Of a DNA stretch of 64,000 nucleotides, positions 23,101 through 34,600 are shown piece after piece. The notes under the pieces were generated by a model that did no database searches, was not told the DNA's origin, and was given only the letters and a program-made list of their open reading frames with translations. Source of the stretch: Ranitomeya imitator (lineage: Eukaryota); the NCBI RefSeq assembly GCF_032444005.1, contig NC_091291.1, positions 21,576,001-21,640,000 of the forward strand, written 5' to 3'. Both the position numbers and the translations under genes were made by a program. Within the stretch, counting starts at the first letter, position 1, and each line of letters begins with the position of its first letter.

Positions 23101-24999
23101 ATAACTGGTGGTAAAGGTCGATGACCAACATTTCTTGGGAGACTAGACCACTCTCAGTTCCTCTTTACAATGACATCAATGGTGCTGTCACTTTGAGTAT
23201 CTGCCACAGTGCTAGCCACAATGACCCCCAGAGTTTTTTTTATTAGAGTATACAAATAAGTTGTTTTATGCATTATGTTCTCTAGGAAAGGAGCCTCAAA
23301 ATCAAACACAAGGAAGAGAAACCAATTACCAGGTATGTTTCCGGTAATAATAGTAGAGGACAATACATAAAATGGGGTTTTGCTCCACTTATATTCGTAC
23401 TTCTCCTTTTTATGTGACCTTGAAAAATAAATGTAAACGAAATTGAATCAGGCATCAAGTGCCTCTACCAGCTGCGGGATAAAGCCGCAACTTATAACAC
23501 GTTAAATGCCGCTTTCATTCACTGACAGCAGCATTTAACAACACTGTCAGCGGAAGCAAATCACAAGTAACACCCATTGGCGACCCTGTCAAGTGATCGC
23601 GGGGCGCCGATAGATCGTCATGACAGCCTGAGGTATGCAGAAGACCCTCGTGCCTGTCATTCCGATACTTCTGTGAAGGCCGGCTTGTGGCTGACGTTCA
23701 TAGGAGATCATGATTTTCGCTTTACATATCAGAGCTGAAGCGTTACTATATATAGAAAAAAAAATATCATTTGATTGCTGCTTCAAGACTCCAAAAGGGA
23801 CTATTAAGTAAAGTAAAAAGTGAACAATAAAGTTTTAAAAAATATAAAAAAATACAAAAAAATACAAAAGTTCAAATTACCCCCTTTTTGCCCCATAAAA
23901 AATAAACTAGTGAGTAAAAAAAAAATACACATATTCGGTATCGCTGAGTTCATAAATGTCCACTCTATCAACATATAAAGTAAATTCATCTGATCGGTAA
24001 ACGGCGTAACAAGAAAGAAAATCAAAAAGCAAGAACTACGTTGTTTCGCTTTCCACAGCATTGTAATAAAATGCAATAATAGGCGATCAAAACATCGTAT
24101 CTATCCCAAAATGGTGTCACTCAAATCATCAGCTCAGGGTGCAAAAAAATAAGACCTTACCCAGCCCCAGATTATGAAAAATAAGAACACTATGGGTCTC
24201 AGAATATGGCAATAAATGCAAAAACTTTATTTTCATACAAATTTCTTATTTTCTTTTCACCAATGAAATAAAAATTAAACTATACATGTTTGGTATCTGT
24301 GTAAAAACTTTCAAAACATTTTTGGAAGTTGGGCAAAGTTGGTGCAAAAATTCAAAAAGTTGCAAAATGTCAAGCAGTCATACGCAAGAAAACCAATGGT
24401 CCTATGTTTATGCAGGAGATCTAGAACAGACAGCCTTTATGGGCACAATTTAGTTAGTTAAAGGGCATGCTCACTACTACGGTATTGCTTTCCAATCTTG
24501 AGAAAGTGTCATCAATATCAGATTGGGGGAAACATGCATCGGACACCCCCATTAATCAGCTGTTTCCAGTACCTATATAAACTCTATATGGATCTGTCCC
24601 AGAACCGGTTTGTAGACTGCTTAGTAGTCATTTTTGGGTCCTACAGCCTAGCTCCTAGTAACGTGGATGTGATCTGAGCTGCAGATTGTTCACTATAGTT
24701 TACATCTAGCCATTACTGGTTCGGCAAACATTTGATAGATGGTGGTTCCAGTTGTCTGTTTCCCACCAATCGACTTTCGGTATCCAATTAGTTGAAGACC
24801 ACTTTAATTTGGAAATTAACCAACAGGGTAACCATTTGCTGTAAGCTTCGATGGAGGTTTACATTTGAGTATCTCCCATCCTTCTAGGAGAGCTGTGGAG
24901 TATCACCAGTCTAATTATGTCTATTTATCTTATCTTTTTTTTCTGAAGAACTTAATTGGACAGGAGAACGATGTCTACTACAGCTTAAGGATGCACTGA
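11117..24999 (+). CDS. Gene B, Siglec-like (CD33-type V-set + C2-set) receptor with cytoplasmic ITAM: join(11117-11177,12649-13017,14423-14722,15708-15737,22939-23061,23286-23332,24949-24999), 326 aa
   Basis: All introns GT-AG and phase-compatible (981 nt). Siglec hallmarks: GLCVHIPCSF, GDCSL, F-strand YSFR with the essential Arg, C2 CTSPGICSG. TM, then ETNYQ|NLIGQENDVYYSLRMH*. Confidence 0.88.
12649..13017 (+). CDS. Gene B Ig V-set (sialic-acid-binding) exon
   Basis: ttag|AT...ATA G|gtaagt, phase 1-1, 369 nt; VQAGLCVHIPCSF...GDVWRGDCSLMINDAREQDADSYSFRIE. Confidence 0.93.
13790..14395 (+). repeat. Degenerate ~30-bp tandem repeat (CAGACCAGACCACTCAATCAACTCAGACCC-like) in gene B intron 2
   Basis: Recurring cagaccagacc...ctcaat...tcagac units. 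Confidence 0.8.
14423..14722 (+). CDS. Gene B Ig C2-set exon
   Basis: ggcag|AA...GAG G|gtgagt, 300 nt; ELSDKPEI...CTSPGICSGISPSIKW...LTCKV. Confidence 0.93.
15708..15737 (+). CDS. Gene B 30-nt stalk micro-exon (GAIQKDIPMP)
   Basis: tttgttccacag| ... CCTG|gtgagt; phase 1-1. Confidence 0.7.
15778..16277 (-). mobile_element. Probable solo-LTR remnant
   Basis: TGTCAT...ATGACA termini; A-rich on + like other reversed LTRs; no TSD found. Confidence 0.4.
16523..17327 (+). repeat. 5' LTR of the Gypsy element
   Basis: Direct repeat of 21529-22333; 8 substitutions counted by eye. Confidence 0.97.
17464..21495 (+). CDS. Gag-Pol polyprotein of the Gypsy element (ORF open from 17350; likely start MDIRSL at 17464)
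   Basis: CCHC knuckle CFYCGDSTHAISDC; protease VDSG; RT YLDD; RNase H DAS/TDHKNL; integrase HHCC + SMDF/SDRG/ERTNQ; GPY motif; chromodomain YLVKWKGY. Confidence 0.95.
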   Translation: MDIRSLSSFVDQLLARVQKIQDTIDQKSMLEPRIPIPDLFFGDTTKFLSFKNNCKLFLALKPRSSGDPVQQVLIIISFLRGDPQDWAFSLAPGDPALSNINAFFLALGLLYDEPNSVDQAEKNLLALCQGQDEIEVYCQKFRKWSVLTQWNESALAVMFRKGLSEALKDVMVGFPMPAGLNESMSLAIQIGRRLRERKSVHHLAVLPELKPEHMQCDRTLTRVERQEHRRLNGLCFYCGDSTHAISDCPKRTKRFARSATIGTVQSKFLLSVTLICSLSSYSVMVFVDSGSALNLMDLEYAKRCGFFLEPLQCPIPLRGIEATPLAKYKPQYWTQLTMCMAPAHQEVIRFLVLHNLHDVVVLGLPWLQAHNPVLDWKSMSVSSWGCQGVHGDVPFLSISSSTPSEVPEFLSDYRDVFDEPKSDALPPHRDCDCAINLIPGSKFPKGRLFNLSVPEHTAMRSYVKESLEKGHIRPSSSPLGAGFFFVAKKDGSLRPCIDYRLLNKITVKFQYPLPLLSDLFARIKGASWFTKIDLRGAYNLVRIRRGDEWKTAFNTPEGHFEYLVMPFGLANAPSVFQSFMHDIFREYLDKFLIVYLDDILIFSDDWESHVKQVRTVFQVLRANSLFVKGSKCLFGVQKVSFLGFIFSPSTIEMDPVKVQAIHDWTQPTSLKSLQKFLGFANFYRRFICNFSSITKPLTDLTKKGADLVNWSSAAVEAFQELKRRFSSAPVLCQPDVSLPFQVEVDASEIGAGAVLSQRGSDCSVIKPCAFFSRKCSPAERNYDVGNRELLAMKWAFEEWRHWLEGAKHRVVVLTDHKNLTYLESAKRLNPRLARWSLFFARFDFVISYLPGSKNVKADALSRSFVPDSPGLSEPVVILKEGVIVSAISPDLRRVLQKFQANKPDRCPAEKLFVPERWTNKVISEVHCSVLAGHPGIFGTRELVARSFWWPSLSRDVRTFVQSCGICARAKPCCSRASGLLLPLPVPKRPWTHISMDFISDLPVSQKMSVIWVVCDRFSKMVHLVPLSKLPSSSDLVPLFFQHVVRLHGIPENIVSDRGSQFVSRFWRAFCGRMGIDLSFSSAFHPQTNGQTERTNQTLETYLRCFVSADQDDWVSFLPLAEFALNNRASSATLVSPFFCNSGFHPRFSSGQVESSDCPGVDTVVDRLQQIWTHVVDNLTLSQEKAQRFANRRRRVGPRLRVGDLVWLSSRHIPMKVSSPKFKPRFIGPYRISEVLNPVSFRLTLPDSFSIHNVFHRSLLRRYVAPMVPSVDPPAPVLVEGELEYIVEKILDSRVSRRKLQYLVKWKGYAQEDNSWVFASDVHAPDLVCSCLSCGSSWSAWGLW
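21529..22333 (+). repeat. 3' LTR of the Gypsy element
   Basis: Direct repeat of 16523-17327. Confidence 0.97.
22939..23061 (+). CDS. Gene B transmembrane exon
   Basis: VCRSIDSGIIAAMAIGNVVILILIFVGTYYFLKRDMAKRSL; same 123-nt length and homologous to the gene C exon. Confidence 0.88.
23286..23332 (+). CDS. Gene B cytoplasmic exon (first ITAM Tyr, ...ETNYQ)
   Basis: ttctctag|GA...TACCAG|gtatgt; phase 1-0. Confidence 0.8.
24949..24999 (+). CDS. Gene B terminal exon (NLIGQENDVYYSLRMH*)
   Basis: Strong pyrimidine tract + ctgaag acceptor; homologous to 43826-43876. Confidence 0.8.
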   Translation, partial: NLIGQENDVYYSLRMH

Positions 25000-26344
25000 A
25001 GACATCGGAAGGACCCTATATTGTAGAAGAGAGACCAAAGATTGGAAATGGCGGCGATTTCAGGATCAACTATTTTCTTGATATCAACTTCGTTATTTAT
25101 GGGGGGTTTTTGTATGTTACCTATATGGTCCTGTATACTGTATGTACCAGCCCCAGTTAACAATCAAATTCAATATGTAAGAGGTGGGATTCAAGTCTAA
25201 AATGCAGTAGCCACCATTGCTTTCTTTTGCTTCATGCTTCGTTTGCTACTGCAAACGTTCTCCTATAGCATTCCCAAGCATGGCAGAAAGCTTCCAGCGT
25301 CTTTCATGGCTACTACACAATGTGTGAAGCTCTGGCACTTTTAGTGTGCTAGGGTACTGAGGGTGTCAGGAGTTGGACCCATGCAATGTCATAAAGATAT
25401 CTTAGGGATAGGTTAAGGTAGAGAAAAAGGGGGTGGTTGGATCTTACCATGCCTAAGTAAGATTAGAGTCCAAAACCGGTGGATACCATGTCTCCAGCTT
25501 GTGCAGCACAGCAACAATAGAAGGAAAAAAAGAGGGAGAGCGGCACTTCCAGGGGCTCAATAAGACAAAAATTTTATTTAGCAAGCCATAAAAAAGACAA
25601 ACAGGGTTGAAAAATTAACGCGTTTTTGGCGTCCAGGATGCCCTTATTCATAGCATGATACTATGACTGAAATCCTTGTTTTATTGAGCCGCTGGAAGAG
25701 CCGCTTTCCCTCTTTTTTAATTCTAAGGATAGGTCATCAATATTGAAATACTAGAAAACCACTTCAACTTCCTCCATTCACTTGCAGTGCCGCTCATGGC
25801 CACTGTACGTGTGCGAAGCTGTGCCACTTCTAGTGTGCCGTGGGACATTTAATCAGCTGATTTTTGCGGGTGACTGGTGTTGGACCCACAACAATGGATG
25901 AATGATAGGTTATTGATTTATAAGTACTGGAAAAGCTCTTTATCTTCCTTTATAGAAAATCCCAACCAATTATAACCCAGTAATAAGTACTAAAGGGGTA
26001 TTCCCAAAAGAAGTTTCTTAAGGATGTATCATATATGTATAATATGTGGATCTCCAATCTATGGGACGCCATCCTATAAGGGTACAGGTGAACTGCTATT
26101 TTTCTAGATGGAGGCCACTAAAAGGACCTTGACACTTTTTCATAGCTGTTCCCCAAAATCCAAGATTATAATATAAAGTTCACTAAAGATGAGCAAACCT
26201 GAACTTAAAAATTTGGGGTTCTTACTGATTAGTTAGTACCTGGTGCTAAACACCAAACATGGAAGTCCGTCTTAATGTTTGTTGTTCCAGGGAAAGTCTG
26301 GGAAAAGAGAGAGAGATTTACATCTTCAAAGTTTTGGTCACTAT

Positions 26345-26655
26345 TAGTGATGAGCGAGTAACCTCGTTGCTTGAGTTTTCCCGAGCACGCTCGGGCGATC
26401 TTCGAGTATTTGTTAGTGTCCGGAGCTTTAGGTTTCATCGCCACACTTGAATTATTTACAGCTGCTAGCCAGCCTGAATACATGTGGGGGTTGCCTGGTT
26501 GCTAGAGAATCCCCACATGTATTCAGGCTGGCTAGTAGCTGTAAATCAATCAGCTGTGGCGATGAAACCTAAATCTCCGAGAAGTCACAAATACTCAGAA
26601 ACCACCCGAGCATGCTCGGGAAAACCCGAGTAACGAGTATACTCGCTCATCACTA
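26345..26655. mobile_element. hAT-type MITE nested in an older MITE (~26184-26778)
   Basis: TAGTGATGAGCGAGTA...TACTCGCTCATCACTA TIRs; TSD GTCACTAT/GTGACTAT. Confidence 0.88.
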
Positions 26656-27347
26656 GTGACTATTGATTTCAATGAGGTTCAGGTTCAAATTTGGATACAG
26701 TTTTGGTAGCAGAACCAAACTTTGGACTTGAGTTTGGTCATGTACCAGAACCCGAACTTGCATGGGTCCGATCATCCCGAAAACTCAACATATCGGTGAC
26801 TCATTGGTTAGCACTGTAGCCTTGTAGTGTTTGGTTCATGGTTTTAACGTCTGTAAGAAATTTGTACTTTCTTCCCATATAGACATGGACATACTGATAG
26901 GGAATATAGATTGCGAGCCCCGTTGGGCACAGCGATGATGAAGTCTGTAAAATACTATATACGGTAATTAATGGTGCTATACAAGTGAGTAACATAAATT
27001 AATATTTCCTCCACTTCGAGATCAGTAACAGATTTTCCAGGTACTGATGTTACATGTTACTGCAGATGTTGTGGCACATTCAAGAACTTCCCTACTTATT
27101 CCTTTATGTTGAAAACGTTTACATAACTGAAGCAATAAATAAATGTTGCCATGAAACTTCCAATGAGCTTCTGCAGATCTTGGTTGCACCATCATGTACA
27201 AGCTAAATATGTAACGGAAAACTTTTAAGATTATTCTGGCATGGTATATGAGGGAAGATATGTGTCACGAAGATTGCTTTCTTCCATGATGTAGAAACCC
27301 ATAAGTTTCTCTTCAGCATGCTACGTACTGAAGAAGCTAATGAGCCA

Positions 27348-27737
27348 TGTTATGGGACTGGTTTGTAGGTGAGTAGGCAAGAGTTGGGCGGGATGCCTAC
27401 TCACCATATCTCCACCTCATGGGTGTGACAGGGATATTAAATGTACAGCCACTGATTTTTTTTCTCAGTGTTGTGTGTTTGTAGAGGAAAGACTCCAAAC
27501 GTGGATCCAGCAGGAGCTGAGGACTTTGTGTGTTACCTGCAGGTGAATCCTGCAGGAAAAAGGACTCTATTGGACTTTATCTTTGTTTTCTTTTGTCATT
27601 AGGCCAGAAAGGCCGCGTTTGCTTTATTCAACCCTGCTACGGTTTATGCTGTACTTTAATATACCAGCAGGTGTTTTACCACAAGAAGCATTCCTGAGTT
27701 TACCTCTGCAAGTAACTGAGTGAGTGAACCCCTTACA
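27348..27737 (+). mobile_element. Probable solo LTR related to 40590-40940
   Basis: TGT...ACA ends and shared motifs; no TSD found. Confidence 0.45.
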
Positions 27738-27873
27738 AGGCTCAATCTCATGAGTTTTAGTATGGAAGGCAGAAACACTAACAGTGACCCATATGCTGTA
27801 TTGTGTGTGTACAAAAGATTTTTTCAGCCTAAAAACTTCACAGCATTTTTCTTCACTAAAATAATGTTATATA

Positions 27874-28751
27874 TAGTGTTGAGCATTCCGATACCGCAAG
27901 TATCGGGTATCGGCCGATACTTGCGGTATCGGAATTCCGATACCGAGATCCGATACTTTTGTGGTATCGGGTATCGGTATCGGATACATAGAGATGTGTA
28001 AAATAAAGAATTAAAATAAAAAATATTGATATATTTACCTCTCCGGCGGCCCCTGAACTCAGCGCGGGTAACCGGCAGGCTTCTTTGTTCAAAATCAGCG
28101 CTTTTAGGACCTGAGAATCACGTCCTGGCTTCTGATTGGTCGCGGACCGCCCATGTGACCGCCACGCGACCAATCACAAGCCGCGACGTCACCCCAAGCT
28201 ATTAATGCGCTCATTTTTAAAAATGAGCACGGTAATAGCTTGCGGTGACGTCGCGGCCTGTGATTGGTCGCGTGGCCGCGACCAATCACAAGCCGCTACG
28301 TCTTTGAAAGTCATTACCGCGCTCATTTTTAAAAATGAGCGCGTTAATAGCTTGCGGTGACGTCGCGGCTTGTGATTGGTCGCGTGGCGGTCACATGGGC
28401 GGCCCGCGACCAATCAGAAGCCGGGACGTGATTCTCAGGTCCTAAAAGCGCTGATTTTGAACAAAGAAGCCTGCCGGTTACCCGCGCTGAGTTCAGGGGC
28501 CGCCGGAGAGGTAAATATATCAATATTTTTTATTTTAAGTCTTTATTTTACACATCCCTATGGATCCCAGGGCCTGAAGGAGAGTTTCCTCTCCTTCAGA
28601 CCCTGGGAACCATGAGAATACCTTCCGATACTTGATGTCCCATTGACTTGTATTGGTATCGGATATCGGTATCGGCGATATCCGATATTTTTCGGGTATC
28701 GGCCGATACTATCCGATACTTTCAAGTATCGGACGGTATCGCTCAACACTA
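27874..28751. mobile_element. hAT-type MITE with long internal palindrome
   Basis: TAGTGTTGAGC...GCTCAACACTA TIRs; perfect TSD GTTATATA; inverted arms ~28015-28555. Confidence 0.92.
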
Positions 28752-28864
28752 GTTATATAATGTACAGACCTACCTCTATACACCAATACATTGTTTGTAA
28801 ACAAAACACAAAGCTGAAGGTAAAATTCAGATTTTTTCTCCATTAGGTTGCGTAAAAATGAATG

Positions 28865-29906
28865 TGTTAGGTGTCAAGTTCCCGCCTCTGCACAGGGGGA
28901 ATCTCGAACCCTCTCTGCTGCGGTCTCCCATTCTCCTCCAGCTGCAGTGGAGCCTGCTCAGCATAGATGTCGGTCCCAGCATCTGGCTCAGGCTGATACT
29001 GCGCGCTTGGTTACTGCTGCCTTTCCAGGCTCTGCCTTTGTAACCAGCATTGATCAGCGGCGAGCAGACATTCCAGGGACTAAGTCCTGCTTTTCTTCTA
29101 CTGAGCATGCCCACAAGACAACCTCTCATTGGAGGTCGGGGGTCACATGCTCAGGTCCTGTAGCATCTCCAATTGGATCACTAGGAAGGTCACGGAAGGC
29201 TACAACTATAAAAGGTTCGCATGGCCGCTCGGCTAGTATAAAACTGAAATTGTGTGTGTGTGGATGTATGACTGAATCTGGTGAAAGCTCCTTAATCATT
29301 CCCATCCCTAGTGTTGTGGAAAGTACTTGGGTGATTGAGCTACCTAGCGCCAGACTGTGCCACCCAGCACTAGGCACAAGCTACAGCGTCTATTAGCAGC
29401 GACCGCCAATGCGGTGCTGTGCGCAATCAATGCGCTTTCCTGATCCTAGTTAGGGTGGTTAGTGGCGTCAGCCAGAGCGGCGCTGTATGCACTCAGTGCA
29501 GTAAATGTTTTTGTTAGTCCTGTCCTGACTACCGGTCAGTGTAGGGTGGAAATTCCCAATTGGACTCAGCATCTGACTCAGGGCGTCCTCAGGCGCGGGC
29601 TCAAAAGCCACCGAGGGTCAAAGCGAGTCCAATCACCAGTTTAGTGGGGGTGATTCATAGCGATCCCACTAGTGTCTTTCAGCTGCACCCTGTGACTGTT
29701 AACAGGGCGCAGCGTGTATTTGGCGAATCTCTGAAGCAACAGAGTTTGCTTCTATTCACACTGGGTGAGGTCTAAACTCACGTGTGAGCAAGTGTCCATC
29801 CGCCATTACTCAGCAGCAGGTTCCATCTCTGCACGGTGGACCCCGGACTGCGAACGCACCTCTTATCTCCCTTTATATTATTTGGTGTGTTCCGCTAGCC
29901 CTAACA
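28865..29906 (+). mobile_element. Solo LTR, family 1
   Basis: TGTTAG...CTAACA termini; 5-bp TSD GAATG; homologous to 42010, 52822 and 54274 copies. Confidence 0.9.
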
Positions 29907-29966
29907 GAATGTGCAAAAGCAATTACAATAAAAAATATTGTTATAAGTGTCAGAAGCAAGGAAATA

Positions 29967-30620
29967 CACTGAGCAAAATTATAAGCGTAACACTTGGTTT
30001 TGCTCCCATTTTTCATGAGCTGAATTGAAAGGTCTAAGACTTTTTGCATGGAAACCAAAGGCCTTTTTCTCTCAAATATTGTTCACGTATTTGTCTAAAT
30101 CTGTGTTAGGGAGATCTTCTCCTTTGCTGAGATAATCCATCCACTTCATAGGTGTGGTATATTGAGATCCTTATAAGACAGAATGATTATTTCACAGGTG
30201 TGTCTTGTAGGCTGGCGACAATACATGGCCACTCTAGAATGTGTAGTTTTACAATACTGGGGCATCCCGGGGTGGGGGTGGGGGGGAGTCAGAAAACCAG
30301 TAAGTATATGGTGTGACCTCTATTTGCCTTCACCATTCAGCTTCCAGAAATTGAGTTCAGATCCTCACAACATGGGGCCATGCATTATCATGCTGTAACA
30401 GGAGGTGATGGTCATTGATGAATGACACAACAATGGGCCTCAGGATCTCGTCACGGTATCTCGGTGCATTCAAAATGGAGTCATGTTCCCAGAAGGTGAA
30501 AACATCTCAATTCTTGCATGGTCAGTGTGGACACATGTGGTTAGTTGGTGTTCTTCTCTGCTGGCCTGGCTGTCTTTCGAAAGACCGCATTGATTGTCCC
30601 AACCTGTATTCTCCAAATGT
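29967..30620. mobile_element. Tc1-like element fragment
   Basis: TA|CACTGAGCAAAA...TAAGCGTAACAC terminus recalled as a Tc1-type end; decayed interior. Confidence 0.5.
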
Positions 30621-31622
30621 TTTTGAGGGTTCAGTGACGGTCAGTAGAGCAGATCTGTATTCCTCCAGTTGGTGCCTTGGTTCGCTGGTGGCTCTTCTTT
30701 AGAGTCTCTGCAAACCACAGCAATTTGTTTTAATGAAGAAGCTCAACACTTTGAAACGCGTTAACCAGTAGACCACAATCTTGGACTCTTGTTTCCTCCT
30801 CATCTTTCCAATGGTAGCACAATTTTAACCCATCTTTATTCCAGTCTTTTATGTTTGCCACTACTTTGGATCATTTTGCTTGTCTGTTATACATTGAGTT
30901 TCCTGAGAAATCCAGCTTTACTATACAAATAGACTGCCACATCTTTGCATTGAGCTTCCTGACCAACCCAACTACAACAACACAAGTGCACTGAATCTTC
31001 GGATCTATTTGGCTCTACTACATCAATAAGATCTCAAACATTGCTGTTCAGTGCTTCTTAGGGCTGATATTTTCTGCTCTACTAGATTGCCAAGTCTACT
31101 CTGTCATGCCATTATCTTGGCCAGTTTCATCAATCTTTCTTCTTTGAGTCATGGGCTTACTACTGGACTACTACTCTTTTTTCCTATGGTTGCTGTTTAG
31201 TGTATTTAGCATCCATTGATCCTTCCTGTCTGCTGCACCAACATCATATTTCCGTGCTACACAATAACCGATTATCTGGACCAACGCCTTCCAGAATCTA
31301 CTTCACCGGGTGAGACATAACACATTGTGAATTTTTGCATTCTGCCGGGAACTATTTTTTAGTCTGTCGTTGCAAAAGTTTGGTCTTTTCTCTGATTTTA
31401 ATAAAATTTCCCATTTCCTGTGCTTTGTTTGTCAAGTATGTCATTGTAATGCTTTCACTGTGCAGTAAATTAAGTCCTTACATGATCTGTGAAAAGTTAA
31501 AGGTGGACACATAAAATGAAGAAATCCAGGAAAAAGAAAAAGGAGAAGTTGCTGAAGACTTTCAGAAATGTTATTTTCAAAAGAGACAACGCCTCGCAAA
31601 TCAAGAGTTAATCTCCGTCAAG

Positions 31623-31689
31623 ATGATGCAGAATAGCGGCTTTGACATTTGGGTCAGTCTTTCTATTGTCCTGGCTCTACTCTTGAAAA
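31623..31689 (+). CDS. Gene C signal-peptide exon
   Basis: MMQNSGFDIWVSLSIVLALLLK-A|gtaagg; phase 1. Confidence 0.75.
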
Positions 31690-34600
31690 GTAAGGTTTTT
31701 TTTTCTTATAATTCACAAAATCCTACCTGTAACATGTGGGAGCAGAAGTTATGTTATCCTTCTTTGTGATCAGTAAGGGCATGGTGCTATCTGATCTAAT
31801 CCTGGAGATATCAGTGGTGTAGAGTTAAGAAGAGGCTGCTCACTATCAAGTGTGTCAAGTCCTCCTGGGAGATCTGGGAGTAGAAGATCACTGTGTATTG
31901 TGAATCGCAGATCTTCCATTTAGCCTATGTGATTGCGTCCCATGTTAAATGGATTTGTTTTCTTTTGGTGCTGAAGAAGTTAACAACCCATTTTATGCTG
32001 GTCAGAAACTTGCAGCTCCATTTCAGCTGCTTCTGATCTGGTCATTGCCTCTCCCTATAAATCCTGGCCAGACCTTCTCTGTCTTGCCAGTGAAAACTTT
32101 TCTTCCTAGTTCCTTGGAGATGCTGTGCTGAATAGGAGATCGTTGTTGCTACTGGAAAATGTTGCGTGCTGTTTTTGGGTGTATGCTTTCCTCTTGTCCT
32201 ATTCCCATTTGATTGGTACATTCCTACCCTTCCCTATATACCTCTCTAACTTTGGTGTTTGTTGCTTTCTTTAATCCCTGTTTTATCTTTGTGTCTTGTT
32301 TACCTTATAATTATGTCCCATGACTCATGGGAAGATGGAGGGGCAGATCAGGGGTTAACCAGAGCAATGTAAGGTTGGAGACTCAGGCCTCTCTACCACC
32401 AAGAGTACCCCCTGGACAGGGATAGTTAGAGTCCCAGTTCCAGAGACAGTTTGAGGACCCCATTTCTTACCAAAGACCATCACAGCATGTCACTCACACT
32501 ACTGTCCACCCTGTCTATCTGTTTTAATGATGATGATACCAGAGGTGTTTTGGTAAGAAAAATCTGCTCACACTGCTGTCCACCCTGTCTATCTGATCTA
32601 ATACTGGAGATAATAGTCATGATGAAGTAAGAAGAGGCTGCTCTCACTGCTGGCAATACTGTGTTTCTGAATGTTGAGAGGTAGCTCTGACCTGGATATC
32701 TGTGGTACAAGTTATCTCCAGGTCACATCAGTGGACCTGGAGGAGATCCTGGGTTCCAGTTAGTGAATGCAGACAAATAATCCATGAAAAAAAAGCTGGA
32801 ATTCCATAAAATTGATACCTTTATTGAAATTCCATTAAAAGTCCATCATAGAAAGGCAGAAGTGAACGTTGACACTTTCTGACTAAACAATCTTAATCAA
32901 TACAATTAAGACTGTTTAGTCGAAACGCGTCAACATTTACTTCTATTTTTGAGAATACTGATATTCCGGTGAATATGGAAGCTTTTTTAAATTACTTTAA
33001 TTTGAAAAGAATTTTTCAAAAAGTCATTCATTCCTTTTTTCAACAGGTTTCCTGTGTCAGGACGTTCCTGGTTACTCCATTGACGTTAAATCTACTGTCA
33101 ATGTCCAAGAGGGCCTCTGTGTCACCATTCCTTGCCAATTTAATGCTAGCTCTAAAAATGTGTTCAAGAATTCCAGGGGCTCGTGGCTCAAAAATCCTCT
33201 TCTACCAGTTACATTTGTAGCCACTAATGTCAAGTCAAGACATGTCATTAAAGAAAACTTTCATCTTACGGGAAATCCTGATTACGGAGATTGCACATTG
33301 ACCATAAATAACGCCAAGAGGGAAGACGATGGGACCTATTACTTTAGACATGAAGACAGTAAAAATTGGACTCTAAGTTATAGTTTTCAGAACGCCATGG
33401 TCAGAGTGAATGTGATCGGTACGTAGATTTATAAAAGTACTCAGAAAACCGAAAGTGTCTAAACATGCCGGGAACTGAAAAAAAAACTTTCCACAAATTG
33501 TTGCCAATGGTCTTTCTCAAAACACTCTTAAAATATTTGGATTGGGTTATTGCTATCAACATTTCTTGGGTAGTTTAACTATGGTGTGGTACATGTACGC
33601 CAAGATGGGGATGAGTCTTGGCTAAAGTGGCTTGTTAGCTGGTGTAATAGTGCAATCATCGTATCTGGCTCATGGTAAGATGCATATGACCTTGCTTTGA
33701 TGCTTCTTACTCTTTTTAATAACATTTTATGCCTTTCACTAATTATTTCCTAGAGTTGTCAGATAAACCAGAAATATCTCCTGTGGGAAGGATTGTTGCA
33801 GGTGAGGAGGTAACAGTGAATTGTACAAGTCCTGGAAGATGTTCTGGAAAATCTCCACTTATCACATGGGAAGGAAACATTGAAAAATATGGAACAACAC
33901 AGACATACGTAGAAAGGAATGATGATGGCACGATGACGTATCACGCCAGCCTCACGTTTATTCCATGGATTGAGGATGATCAGTCTTTACTTACCTGTAT
34001 GGTGAGCTTTGGAAGTAATGTGACCACCAGCGGTAACATCACTTTGCATGTCGTAGGTAAGTTTTATAACTCTTTCCAACTGTTACGATAACAATGTTTG
34101 TTATACAGATGCCAAACTTGTATCCAAAATATTTACAATAGGCAGAAATACCAATTGCAATATTGGAGTGAAAAAAATGTTCCCTCAAGAGTATCTCTAC
34201 TTTTGGTGAATTTATATAAGTCTACTAGATTCATACAGGATAAGTCTACATATGCAACTATTTTTAATGCTTCAATAAAATGAAGTCACTTAGCCCATAC
34301 AGTAAGCTTGATATTAAAAATTCCTACCATCTCCACTACAGACCTATATGCCTTTATCCACAGAAGAAATTCGGCACTCCATTCTCCTTGGTTTATTACT
34401 TTATTAGACATCGACGTGAGCAAATTACATACAGTACAGTCATTGAAGTAACTGACGCTTTTCGGAATACGATTAATTTGTCATAGAACATGACTGAGGA
34501 ATCGTATTCCGAAACGCGTCAGTTACTTTAAAAAACTGTACTGTTTGCCATTTGTGTTCATCAATCCCTAATAAAGTAGTAAACCAAGAAGAATGAAGTG

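Noticed and set aside
28827-29775. ORFs up to 182 aa in this region and its homologues (42056, 52857, 54227)
   Set aside because: They fall inside solo LTRs and the frames are not conserved between copies.
34485-34530. Active hammerhead ribozyme
   Set aside because: Stem II and GAAAC are present, but the CUGAnGA core is misregistered and I found no convincing stem I/III or cleavage triplet.
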